A DNA stretch of 64,000 nt from Rhodosorus marinus CCMP1338 (Eukaryota; Plantae; Rhodophyta). The stretch covers positions 1,364,001 through 1,428,000 of the forward strand of contig JAMWBK010000007.1 in the NCBI GenBank assembly GCA_029953675.1, written 5' to 3'. Shown here in pieces: positions 9,123 through 19,056 of this stretch (positions within the stretch are counted from its first letter, which is position 1; each line of letters starts with the position of its first letter). A model generated the notes under the pieces. It did no database searches. It saw nothing but the letters and a program-made list of their open reading frames with translations, and was not told where the DNA came from. Position numbers and translations under genes: made by a program.

Positions 9123-10106
9123 TCAGTTTGTAGCTTGAATAAAGTCTGTAAACCTGTCCTGTGGATCCACCTGGTCGTTCGTCGGGGAATAGAAGACGTT
9201 GATGCCAGAGCCACCGTACAATAAGTCTCGGTCTCCGTCGAGAGGAATCCGAGCATAATCATCACCAGTTGACCCGAAGAACCTATCTTTTCCATCCCCC
9301 GGCTGGAAATCGTCGTTCCCACCAAAGCCGTAGAAGGTGTCATCCCCTCCAGCTCCTCGGGCATAGTCTTTCGGAAATGAGCCGAACACAAAATCGTCTC
9401 CTTCGGCGGTGGAGATGTAGTTCGCCCGAGTTCCTCCCAACCTTCCGATATAGAAGACGTCGTCCTCGTCGGTTCCGTAAAAATAAGCATAGTATTCATC
9501 GTACCTAAAGTCGGGAGTTGTAATCAAGTTGGGGCAGGTGATCTGCAGGTCACAGCCCTCGCCAGAACATCTGTTGTCATCGAGCGCCAGAACTTGTTCT
9601 TCACCTTCCACATCAACTACCGCCTGGACGACGAGGCAACGAGTTGTATCGCAGCAAAGTTCCAATGCCGGAATATTCTTGAAGCAGAGGATAGCATTGC
9701 TAACGAGGCCGCTCTTCGTCGTCGTCGTGTCCGCAAGTACCTGAAACTTTGATTCATCGGTGGGGATCGAGTTACAGTTCGGGTGGACGCCAGCTCTAAT
9801 GCTCTTTATATTCGCTTTGGGTACGTTCTTCACCGAGACCCTAATACACTGACGACCGCTGTTCCTTCGACGATAGTTCTTCACGCAGACCTTCGAAGCC
9901 TTGCCGTCAGCTACAACTCCGAGGTTCGTTCTGCGGCAGTATGTTTCACTCCATAAAATCCTCCCGTCCGTATGCAGATCCGCAAAGTCAGCGTACTTCT
10001 CTCCAACGCTCTCCGGGGGGGGAGGAAGCTCAAAACTGTCGCAGTTCGTGGGTGGCCCACCGTTAACGACAACCACCAATGCGAACACAACCAACAACCC
10101 CTTCAT
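9123..10106 (-). CDS. Secreted protein: signal peptide, Cys-rich N-domain, RTX/hemolysin-type Ca2+-binding Gly-Asp repeats (327 aa)
   Basis: ATG at 10106, MKGLLVVFALVVVVNG signal peptide. Nonapeptides ARGAGGDDT, FYGFGGNDD, FQPGDGKDR, FFGSTGDDY, LYGGSGINV. Intact single-exon ORF. Confidence 0.85.
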   Translation of the reverse strand: MKGLLVVFALVVVVNGGPPTNCDSFELPPPPESVGEKYADFADLHTDGRILWSETYCRRTNLGVVADGKASKVCVKNYRRRNSGRQCIRVSVKNVPKANIKSIRAGVHPNCNSIPTDESKFQVLADTTTTKSGLVSNAILCFKNIPALELCCDTTRCLVVQAVVDVEGEEQVLALDDNRCSGEGCDLQITCPNLITTPDFRYDEYYAYFYGTDEDDVFYIGRLGGTRANYISTAEGDDFVFGSFPKDYARGAGGDDTFYGFGGNDDFQPGDGKDRFFGSTGDDYARIPLDGDRDLLYGGSGINVFYSPTNDQVDPQDRFTDFIQATN

Positions 10107-10656
10107 CTCATAGAAATCGCAACAAGGCAGAAGCCAATAACCTACTACCCAACCCAGAGCCGAATCCAGCCTTGCCTCTAACCACTTCCCCGGTCTAAAT
10201 CGCAACCGAAGCTGGCTAAAGTACTGCAAGCAGCTGGCAAAGGTTAGTTCGATCAGAAAAGCTCACCAGGAGCGCTGAGATATCCCGGGCTCGATCCCAA
10301 ATTTAAAAAACTCGGATCATATGACAGTGTATCCTGCTCTACATGGCAGAAAATTAACAAAAAAAGCACGTTTTTATCTAGAATATGAAGCTTGTACTTA
10401 AATTTGAGAAGCCACCATTTTTTCTCACCAGACGGCCGAGTCCGATTCGAGTAAAAAACCACCCCCTCGTGGGAGATGTAGCCGAGGATTTCTTGATTTC
10501 GGAAGGATCTACGAAGAAAAAACGGGGTGACCCGGGGTTAGGTGTGGAGGGTCAGACTGTGAGATTCGCAGTGCCAATATTATCCTCAGCTTCCAAGTCC
10601 ATAAACTAAAACCTTGGTCGCATCTCCCCTGTCCGCAGCGAAGCAATTACAGCGTT

Positions 10657-10851
10657 CACAGGCTGGCAGCCGCCTTTACAACGTTAGCTAGGGTCCTTTC
10701 TCACTACAGCGAGGTGGCAAATCCACTGCTTTTGTTGCTCTGTCCGGAGGGGAGCAACTACCGGGTCCACAGGCTGGCAGCCGCCCTTACAACGCTAGCT
10801 GGGGTCCTTTCTCACTACAGCGAGGTGGCAAATGCACTACTTTTGCTGCTC
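10657..10851. repeat. Tandem duplication, period 111 bp (10657-10740 / 10768-10851)
   Basis: cacaggctggcagccgcc...ctcactacagcgaggtggcaaat...gctc repeated with about 7 substitutions. Confidence 0.9.
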
Positions 10852-12994
10852 AACAAATTCACGGCTTGCAAGATCCGAAGTTCGCAATGTCAAGTCTATA
10901 AAAACAATCCTGGTTGGTTTTTTCCCGTATTTCACTATCTGTGCAGGCTTAGATTCCTTTGTTTTTGAATATATTCTAGCCCTCTTGGAAAACTATTCAG
11001 AAATGAATGCCCAACGGTATCGGGGAAACGGATGTTTTTGTTTATTGGTCACCTGCTACGTAAGTTGTTTTTGCTCTTGTTTTTAATTTAATATTCTTCT
11101 CTATTTGAAGTACGTGCGGGTTTTGATATGACAGATAAGTTAATGAAAACTCTAAAGGCATCATTTTGTCTGCTGGTGGTTCTGAATCGGTAATCTGATT
11201 GGATTTGATTTCAGTCAGGTCAGATTGGACTGGTCAGGAGAGGTAGTTGTCTAGGAGGCTGTTTTCTTTTGGCGAGAGATTTCCTCCGACAAGGGGTTAA
11301 GCTGGCCCTTGGTTGGAGAAAACTTCCAGGATACAACTGGCTTGGAATCTAGCGAAATAATGACTTGAAGCTGACGAAGCTGGCTGTCGCATCGCAGACA
11401 CGAGGGGCAAGGGCCAGCTGCTGGAAAAGCCGAGCATTTCTGCGGAGTTTCTTCTCAGGCGCGCTCCTTACAACACAGCTCCGGCAGGACGGTTTCGTTT
11501 CCAAGAAATCCGCTGACTAGAAAAAAATATGTGGTTTACCGCATCGGCCCGTGATCGTGCTGACAATCAAATCAAGCTACTCCTCCCGCGAGCCAAAGTT
11601 TCCTGGAAAGCTGGAAAGCCAGCCGCCAATACAAAGATCAAGCCTTCAACCCTCCCCTTCCCCTTCCCCCTTTACCTGCAGCTAAATCCGAGGGTGCTGC
11701 AATCATCAATCCCCTAGAATTAGACCAAACCGACCGAAGGTCGTGCAGTGTGGTTGTGAACTTCTACGAATGGATTTGCATTTTTGCGTGGTACAGCTAG
11801 TTTTGCGTTGTCTTCCCAAAAAACGTGTCCGTTCAGGCCCCAGCGGAAGCCTGAGCTTGAGCTTTGTGCTCAGCGTTCCGGGACTTCCACTTCATATCCC
11901 AATCCAACGCTGCGTCCGCCGCAAAGATAAAAACTAGCCGATGACCGGAAAGCTGTCGAAGCTTGTTCAAGTAGTCCACAACACTCTCACCACAAGTCAC
12001 ACACGGCGCTTCAAAAAGTTCAACACAGAATATCCTTCCCTTACCAGTATCCTATGCCTTCTCGTTCCACGTCTTATATTTTCTCTACTAGTCTTAACGT
12101 GGTTTAGATGAATGTGTTTAGTCTAGCGCCACAGTCTGTGGTTGCCAGTACAGTCAAGCTGCCTATCTCGACCCTCCGTGGATGACCGAGGAGTACTCGT
12201 AAGAGTGAACACCGCAGAAACCATTGCGATCGTGCGTCAAAGAATCGAGCAATCATAGCTCCGAACAAGGACAAACCGGCAGCTACAGAGGCCCGAGAGC
12301 GGACTGCCGTCCGCCAAAAAATCTCATCAACTCATGCTAGGGGATGATCTCATACGACAAACCCGGAGAATTGACATGCACGGGACCAAAGCACGAAAAG
12401 CTTGAAAGCAATATTTGTCAGATCTCTTGGATCCGTTTAAAAGGGATGGCTCCGAGTGTGAAATCCATCAGGCGACCTTTAGCACTCAATACGTTCCGCC
12501 TGACTAGCAAGAAACAAAACAGCGATGCTTCTTCGTTGTCCCCGAACGGAAGCTATCTAACATAATGGTTTGCTCAAACTATGGACAACCCGCTTCACAA
12601 GTTCGCAGAGTTTGCTAACCATGATGTCGCTGTGGGAAATACACGGCCGAACGAGAAGAACCTTTTCAGGTCACCGGAATGCTCCCAGCAGTTGAACAAG
12701 AGTAGTACAAAGCGCAAGCTTGTGTACGAAGTTCGGCAGCCATTGGAGCTCGCACGTTTGTTATCTGCGCGTTTGGCACGAAAACAGGCTCATTTATCTG
12801 CTCCAAATAAACGCATGATGACGCATCCAAGGGGTTAGGGGAGCCATCCAGAGGTACGTTTGACAAACGGAGTAGACCCAGAGCAAAACAGGTACCGATT
12901 GTCATTCGGAATCAAGGAGGCCAGCCGAGCCGAGCCGTGCAGAGCCGAGAAGGGACAGCCTGGGCTCATAACCTCTTGGAACAGGAGGTGCAGA

Positions 12995-13345
12995 GCAGAC
13001 AATGTACCTCGCGTATATGACTCATTTTTATCTTGTCTTGAAGTATCCCTGACTATTATGCTAACAAGCTTGGCTTATATGGGTCTCGCAGGGTTTCCTC
13101 CAAACTCCTCTAAGTCATCTCAGAGTCCATACGGTTGTGTCTAGATTTGGCATGAATGTTTCTTATCTACGGGCTCCACGCTTCATAGATTCCATCACTC
13201 GTTCCCGGGACATGTACTTGGAAGTCAACTCTGTCAGCAACCAGAACAAGACTTGGTTACGTACAAGTCTTGGGTACGTAGTCCGCATAGCCTAGTCGTC
13301 GAACCGTGGTCGATGTGCAGCAGTTTCACCAGACCATTTCCTACC
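12995..13345 (-). repeat. Putative 3' LTR preceded by polypurine tract
   Basis: PPT gggatgagggggag (~13346-13359, minus strand) then TG. The sequence is homologous to ~23669-24000 downstream of the second Copia RNase H. The distal boundary is approximate. Confidence 0.65.
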
Positions 13346-15285
13346 ACTCCCCCTCATCCCAGCATCCATGTGCATCCGTGTTACTCCCAAGGATTCCCGA
13401 TGACGAATTAACGCTGGTGTTGAATAGCTTTTGGGGAAAATGTCGGCCACCTGCTCTTCCATAGGAACATACGTGAAAGTGTAATCTCTCAACTCCTCCT
13501 GCTCTTGCACGTACCTGTATGCGATGTCCACATGCTTCAGTCATGCCTTGCCACTTCCGTTAATCCATTTGAGGCATGATTGATTATCATTGTAGACGGT
13601 CGTCGAGGTCGTCTGAATTCCAACCTCGGTGAGTAGTTGATTCATCTGTCGGAGGCAGCAGTCCGTCTGCTACTGCAATTAATTCTGCCTCCCCCGTCGA
13701 AGTAGCCACCGTCCGTTGCCTTCGATTTGCGTATGTTGAAAGACAAGTCTCCACAAAAAACGCGAAAACTGTCGTAGAACGGCGAGTCGTACCGGTACCC
13801 CACGACGCATCCGTGTATAGTACCAGGTTCTGATTCGGGTTCAGGCGGAACTCCAAACCAAAACTCGAGTGTGCCCTTCAAAAAAATACTTCAAGATCCG
13901 TCTCGCAACGACCCAATCTTCACGTTTGGGGATGTGCATGCGCATCGCCAGTGCGCGAACCGCAGAGAGAATATTCTCCTCAAGTCCGTACTTTGTGAGA
14001 AGTTTGTCAACGCAAGGCTTCTGGTGCATCAGCATGATGGAGTCGCCAAAGTTTCTTTCAAACTGGACTCCAAGATAACTGACAATGCCGCCCAGCTCAC
14101 GTGTCTCATACAGGCTCTTGAGGACACTTTCAGCTTTCCGTATCTCGTCCTCAGGTCCTGTAATAATCAAATCATCCACGTATAACAGGATCAGAACGTG
14201 CCCGTTTAAAAATGCGCAGGAGTCCATTTTCAGCTGCGAAAAACCGTGTGTCTTCAAAGATGCCGTGAACGTCTGATTCCAGGCACGGGCTGCATGTTTG
14301 AGACCGTAAAGACCCTTCTAAAGTTGGCATACTCTGTCGGTACCATCAGATGATCCTTCGGGCTGCTCCATGAAAACTTTCTCATGGAGCACACCGTTTA
14401 AGTAGGCAGTTTTGATATCATATTTGTTTGAGCCTCCACCTGCGACTAAGTGCGAGGGACAACAATAACTCGTACAGTCTCAAACTGCACCGTTGCGCTT
14501 CGCCGTAGTCGTGGTTAGTCGTCTCGGTCTTGTTCGAATCCACGTACTACTGGGCGAGCCTTAAACCGCTCAATCGTGCCGTCTTCGTGCTGCTTAATTT
14601 TAAACACAAATTTGTTACGTAGAACTTTCGCATCGCTCGGTCTCTCCACTAAAGTCCACGTGTTATAAGCGTTTAGTGATTGCAATTCCTCCGCTATGAA
14701 GTTTTCCAACGCTCCTTGTGCGGACTAGCCAATGCTTGCTTTAGTGTCTCAGGTTCCGCCTCCGTAGATGTTAAAGCCGTAAGCTGCTAATTCTTCGACG
14801 CCAGAGCGAAATCTTCGGTTCCTCCACGGCGGTGGGTCTTCTGGTTTTGGTAGGTCGTTTTTCTCGACGTATTCGAATGCAGCAAGTCAAAAATATCCTC
14901 GTCGTCGGAATCATCGGCGTTAGGCATCGGAATCCCGTCGTTGACCACCGGCATGGTGGCGTCCTTCTTCTTCAACGGAAACCTGTCCGGGTTATCTCAT
15001 CCCGGACGATCACAAGCTTCTCGGTTTCAAGCTAAATCACCTCGTAATTGCCATGCGGAAAATAACCTAACAATATCCCATATCTGGAAGGGATAGCCAG
15101 TTTACCCTTTCGTTGGTCCTTCCGAAGGTGAATTAGAACTTCTCAACCGAAAGGATACACATTCTTCAAGGTATCCGGCCTTCCGTATAAGACTTCGTGG
15201 GCTGTCTGGTTCCGTCCCTTTCTAGCACGACCGTTCAACAGCCTCTGGACTAGCTGTAGAGTCCATGTCCACCGTTCCGCATTGA

Positions 15286-15377
15286 CTCATGTTGGAGGCG
15301 CGAGTACTTCGCCGCGCTTAGTCTTTTTTTCCCCTCGGGGTTTTTTTTTCAGCCTCCGATTAAACCATTCGTTCGAC
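15286..15377 (-). repeat. 92-bp insertion of an unclassified dispersed repeat into the Copia integrase
   Basis: Interrupts ERTNRSILTLIRLMYVNQ..NAERW. GAGTC occurs at both ends. Core aatcggaggctgaaaaaaaaaccccgaggggaaaaaaaga is shared with five other loci. Confidence 0.6.
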
Positions 15378-15806
15378 TCTGATTGACGTACATTAAGCGG
15401 ATAAGAGTAAGTATGGATCGATTTGTCCGTTCCGACAATCCATCCGTTTCGGGTGAGTGGGGTGCCGTTGGATCCCATTCAATGCCATGGTTGAGGAGTT
15501 GTTTCGCCAGGCCTTCGTATTCGCCACCTCCATCGGTGTGGAGTACCTTATTCCGTGTGCCCGTCTGCGTTTCGAACCAAACCTTTTAGTCATTAAAAAG
15601 CTGGTATATCTCGTTCTTCTTGCACAGGAAATAAACGCGCGTGAAACGGCTATATTCGTCCACAAAGATGGTTAAGTATGTTTTTCCAATTGCGTTCGTG
15701 GTCACAGGGCCGCATATGTCGGAATGTATTATATCGCCAACCCCTGTGGCCTGCGAAAGACGTCCGTGCCTCGGTTCACGGACGATCTTCACTTCCTTGC
15801 ATATCT

Positions 15807-15970
15807 GGACTTTACTGGACTTTACTAGCATACTTTACTGGACTTTACTAGCATACTTTACTAGCATAGCCTGAAGCGCTACGCAAGGCGTGAAGATGAA
15901 CTAATAACTAGGGAGGGAAGCATGCAACCCCAGGCGCCGATGGCGCGCCTCGGAAAGCATGTCGCTGGAA
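15807..15970 (-). mobile_element. Short 5'-truncated LINE 3' end with tandem-repeat tail inside the Copia pre-integrase, 5-bp TSD
   Basis: TATCT at 15802-15806 and 15971-15975; excision restores tgc aag ata tgc (CKIC). Tail is repeated (agtaaagtatgct/agtaaagtcc). Body is near-identical to 7815-7938. Confidence 0.78.
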
Positions 15971-17832
15971 TATCTTGCATGATTCGTCCTTAAGTTGCTT
16001 GATCATCCGTTTGTTAGCATGCCCGAAATTCGCCTATTGGTGCGAAGGGCTATCGTATTGGGCTAAGGACTCACCTCTAATTTTTTTTCAAACAATATAC
16101 AGTACCTCGGCGAGGGGCCACAGCTTTCAGTTGTCGGTGGAATTTGATCAACGCAACATTGAATCCCATTAGAACTGCTGCTGCATGTGCAGTCATCTGG
16201 GATGCTGAAAGGTAGTTGCGTGTAATTCTATCCAGTCTAGGATTCTATCCACGTAAATTATTCGTTGGAATCTTAGCACTTCTTCCCTTTTCAGTACCAA
16301 ACATCGTAGAACTGCCTCGCCGACCCGGTTGCTAATCAGCTAGTGCCGTCGGCCAAGGTTACGCGGATGGGGGAGCATGCACGAACATTGCTCATCAACT
16401 CAAGGTTGCCAAACATGTGAGTGGGAGCTCTACTGTCGAGCACGATGTCCCAATTGGACACCTGTATTGACATCCCAAACGCCGGCAATGTTTCCAGGTC
16501 GCCGTGTTCCCGGATGCTGATTCCGAGCGTTCCCCGCAGCTCTGAAGGTTTATTTTTACCGGGTTTAGAACTTCCGTAACTTCCTCTATTATGTCTCTGG
16601 GAGCTTTGCTTGACCATTTTTTTGCGCCGCGTCTCACACCGCCTGTGCTGAACCAGCATTGCTGTTTTATATGTCCCATCCGACCGCATTGGTGACGTTG
16701 TGGTCCGGAGTTCCTCTGTGGAGGATCAGAACTGTACTGCGCCAAAAACTCTCTCTTCGGTTGACGGAGTTCAGCTGATTTCAGGCGCTCGCAGCTCAGC
16801 TCCCAAGTGACACGGTCCACGTCCTTGGTGATGAGCGCCTCCAAGGCCCATTCGTACTTGGCGTGGCCCTCAAACATCACTTGCAGCAAACATAGACGTT
16901 TGGCCGGGGATGTTGAGTGCCCATTGATCCTCTATAAACGGTCGTAGATCCTTGAGAGCCCATCTAAGGCCTCTTCAATTTACTGTTGTCCGTCGTATTT
17001 AAGAGTATACAACTGCCGTTCCAGGTCAACTTGATGCTGCAGTGACCAGTTGACAAATTCGTCTTCCAGCTTTCTCAATATAAACACCGGGTGCGCTTAG
17101 GCCCTCTGATAACTCGCTAAGGCTCGCGCGCCCAAAGTCAGTTTGATGCAGGCACCTGCCAGGATACATGTTTCGTCCGAAATGTCCACTCCGCCTCGAT
17201 CGGTGTATGCCCCCTTCGGTATACCGCTCAGGATCAACCGGGAGGTATAGTGCTCCAGCCACTCCGAATAGTCGTCCGCTGTGTTCAGCAGGGGCTTGAA
17301 CTTCATAAAATACTGGCTCGGCTGACTCCCCGTCCTGTAGTTCAATCTCCACGTCAATCACCTTCTTTCCTTCAATCACTTTCAACCACCAGGCCGCGCT
17401 TGGGCTCATAACCTCACGCTTTGCTACCCAGCCGGCGAAGGTTACGACCACAGAGGTGGCCACTAAAAAACGAGCCAACCCGATAACCGCCTGACCACAT
17501 CCCAGAGGTTTCGTAAGGAAGTAAGGCTGAAGCAGTTCTAAGCGATGGTCAGAGATGCAAGCAACGATTATACACAACCCAAGACTAAAAACGATGATGC
17601 TCCGAAGTCCAGGCTCCATCGAAGCGAGAACGCTGACAAAAAAATGACGAGTCAGCAACGAGTACAGTTGCAAAAGTCCCCCGTACTGCGCGGATTGTTT
17701 CGGAGAGGGTCGTCGGTAAATCTCTTTTCAAAAGGGACAGACATTTAATAAACTGTCTACTAGTACATTGAAATCTAAATCAGTAGCTTTACAAAGCTTT
17801 CCGGGCGTATTTCCTCCTCGTTCCCTGCGGGC

Positions 17833-19056
17833 TTAGTAGCCTTCATAGCAGTAAGACCGTGACCAGGCGTTCGCGTGGCAAATCGGTTTGGTATTTCCCC
17901 AAGCGAGGGTCTGGGCGATGCAGTATTTCAGGGTAAGTCTATCTGAACATATATAACTGGTGCAGATCGATCTACAATTTGGCAATATCCACACGTTAGA
18001 GTGCCAGACGTGGTCAACGCAAACCTCAGCATCCCTACACCTGAGTCGGTCAGCTCGCATAACCGCTTGTGACAATTTGAATCGCCTCCGTTTCTCAGCG
18101 CGGATCGCAAGCTTCATTTTCCTGGAGTCCTGATTCAGGTGGGTATTCTGCTCGTCCAGTGCTGCCAAGTTGGCCTCCGTCTCATACGTCCTCTGATTCA
18201 ACTCATTGATAATATCATCGATTTGATCCCGTTGCCGCTTCAATTCGTCAAACTTCGCAGTTAGCTTCTCTCTAAACTCAGGCGCATTTTCCGCCCAACC
18301 CCGCAAGTCTACAGCTTCAGCACCAAACTCATTGGATTCAGCGTTCATCTCCTCGAGAAGACCGTTCAGTTCGTCTATATGTTCAATATAGAAAGCCCTC
18401 AGCGCCATCTTCTCATCATCAGTTCCCAGAGTCACGATCCACTGCGGGTCATCGAACGGAGCCTCAGCGGAAGCGGCATCCAGCGGACTCTCGAACATAT
18501 CAGAATGGCTAATCGGGAGCGTATGTAGTGGGCTGCAGGAAAGCACCGACCCATCATCGGCCGGCACCGCCTGCTCAGAGCCATCCACATCCGAGCAGAG
18601 ACTCATCACCTTATTCACCAACAACATTGCCACCCTGGAGAACACGCACAACCTGTTCTCGTCATTGAAGGTCGCACGGCAAGTGCCTTCATAGAGAGTG
18701 CCCTCCACAAGCCCATTCGCGAACGTTGTAACCTGGTCATCCAACTGCTCATTGCTGTTCGGAATGAAGCCCAAGGCATCGCATTCCAGGCCGTACTGTT
18801 GAAAGCACTCGAAGTTGTCCTCCAGTTTACTCCTATAACACAGCTTCGCTTTGTTGATGGCGGATACAATCTCATTCACTGCCATATCAACAGGCATGCA
18901 CTCTGCCTCGCATAGTGGACGAGTAATTGCCAAGCGCATCTCTTCGGTTAGTTCCCCATTCTCTCCTACTGGACACTGGCGAACCATCTCCAGGTCGACA
19001 TTGACCCCGCATGCCGCTGCGAATAGTAACAAGAAACCAATTGCAAACGCCTTCAT
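17833..19056 (-). CDS. Secreted protein of unknown function: Cys-rich N-domain, coiled coil, Cys/Trp-rich C-domain (407 aa)
   Basis: ATG 19056, MKAFAIGFLLLFAAACG signal peptide. Heptad stretch FREKLTAKFDELKRQRDQIDDIINELNQ..LAALDEQNTHL. Terminal domain with 8 Cys. Intact ORF. Confidence 0.8.
   Translation of the reverse strand: MKAFAIGFLLLFAAACGVNVDLEMVRQCPVGENGELTEEMRLAITRPLCEAECMPVDMAVNEIVSAINKAKLCYRSKLEDNFECFQQYGLECDALGFIPNSNEQLDDQVTTFANGLVEGTLYEGTCRATFNDENRLCVFSRVAMLLVNKVMSLCSDVDGSEQAVPADDGSVLSCSPLHTLPISHSDMFESPLDAASAEAPFDDPQWIVTLGTDDEKMALRAFYIEHIDELNGLLEEMNAESNEFGAEAVDLRGWAENAPEFREKLTAKFDELKRQRDQIDDIINELNQRTYETEANLAALDEQNTHLNQDSRKMKLAIRAEKRRRFKLSQAVMRADRLRCRDAEVCVDHVWHSNVWILPNCRSICTSYICSDRLTLKYCIAQTLAWGNTKPICHANAWSRSYCYEGY

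Larger units (their letters stand above)
12995..17306 (-). mobile_element. Degenerate Ty1/Copia LTR retrotransposon (gag-PR-IN-RT-RH, 3' LTR; 5' LTR not seen)
   Basis: gag from ATG 17306 (..DDYSEW..) with knuckle CGRMGHIKQQC. Protease VLDSRAPTHM. Pre-integrase FGHAN..CKIC. Integrase HSDICGP / HTDGGGEY / SERTNR. RT KAR..RGFEQ and LLYVDDLII. RNase H YTDASWG..RRST..TVATSTGEAE and QVADIF. Multiple stops and frameshifts. Confidence 0.93.

Noticed and set aside
12150-12990. Long plus-strand frame with few stops
   Set aside because: Several in-frame stops and no recognisable motif. At best an unidentifiable pseudogene.
15286-15377. Spliceosomal intron in the Copia integrase (GT..AG ends, removal restores frame)
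   Set aside because: The acceptor is GAG rather than YAG, and the sequence is a member of a dispersed repeat with a 5-bp direct repeat. Insertion is the simpler explanation.
12995-17306. RIP-like C-to-T hypermutation of repeats
   Set aside because: Many stops are TAG/TAA, but without a consensus or dinucleotide index calculation this cannot be distinguished from ordinary decay.
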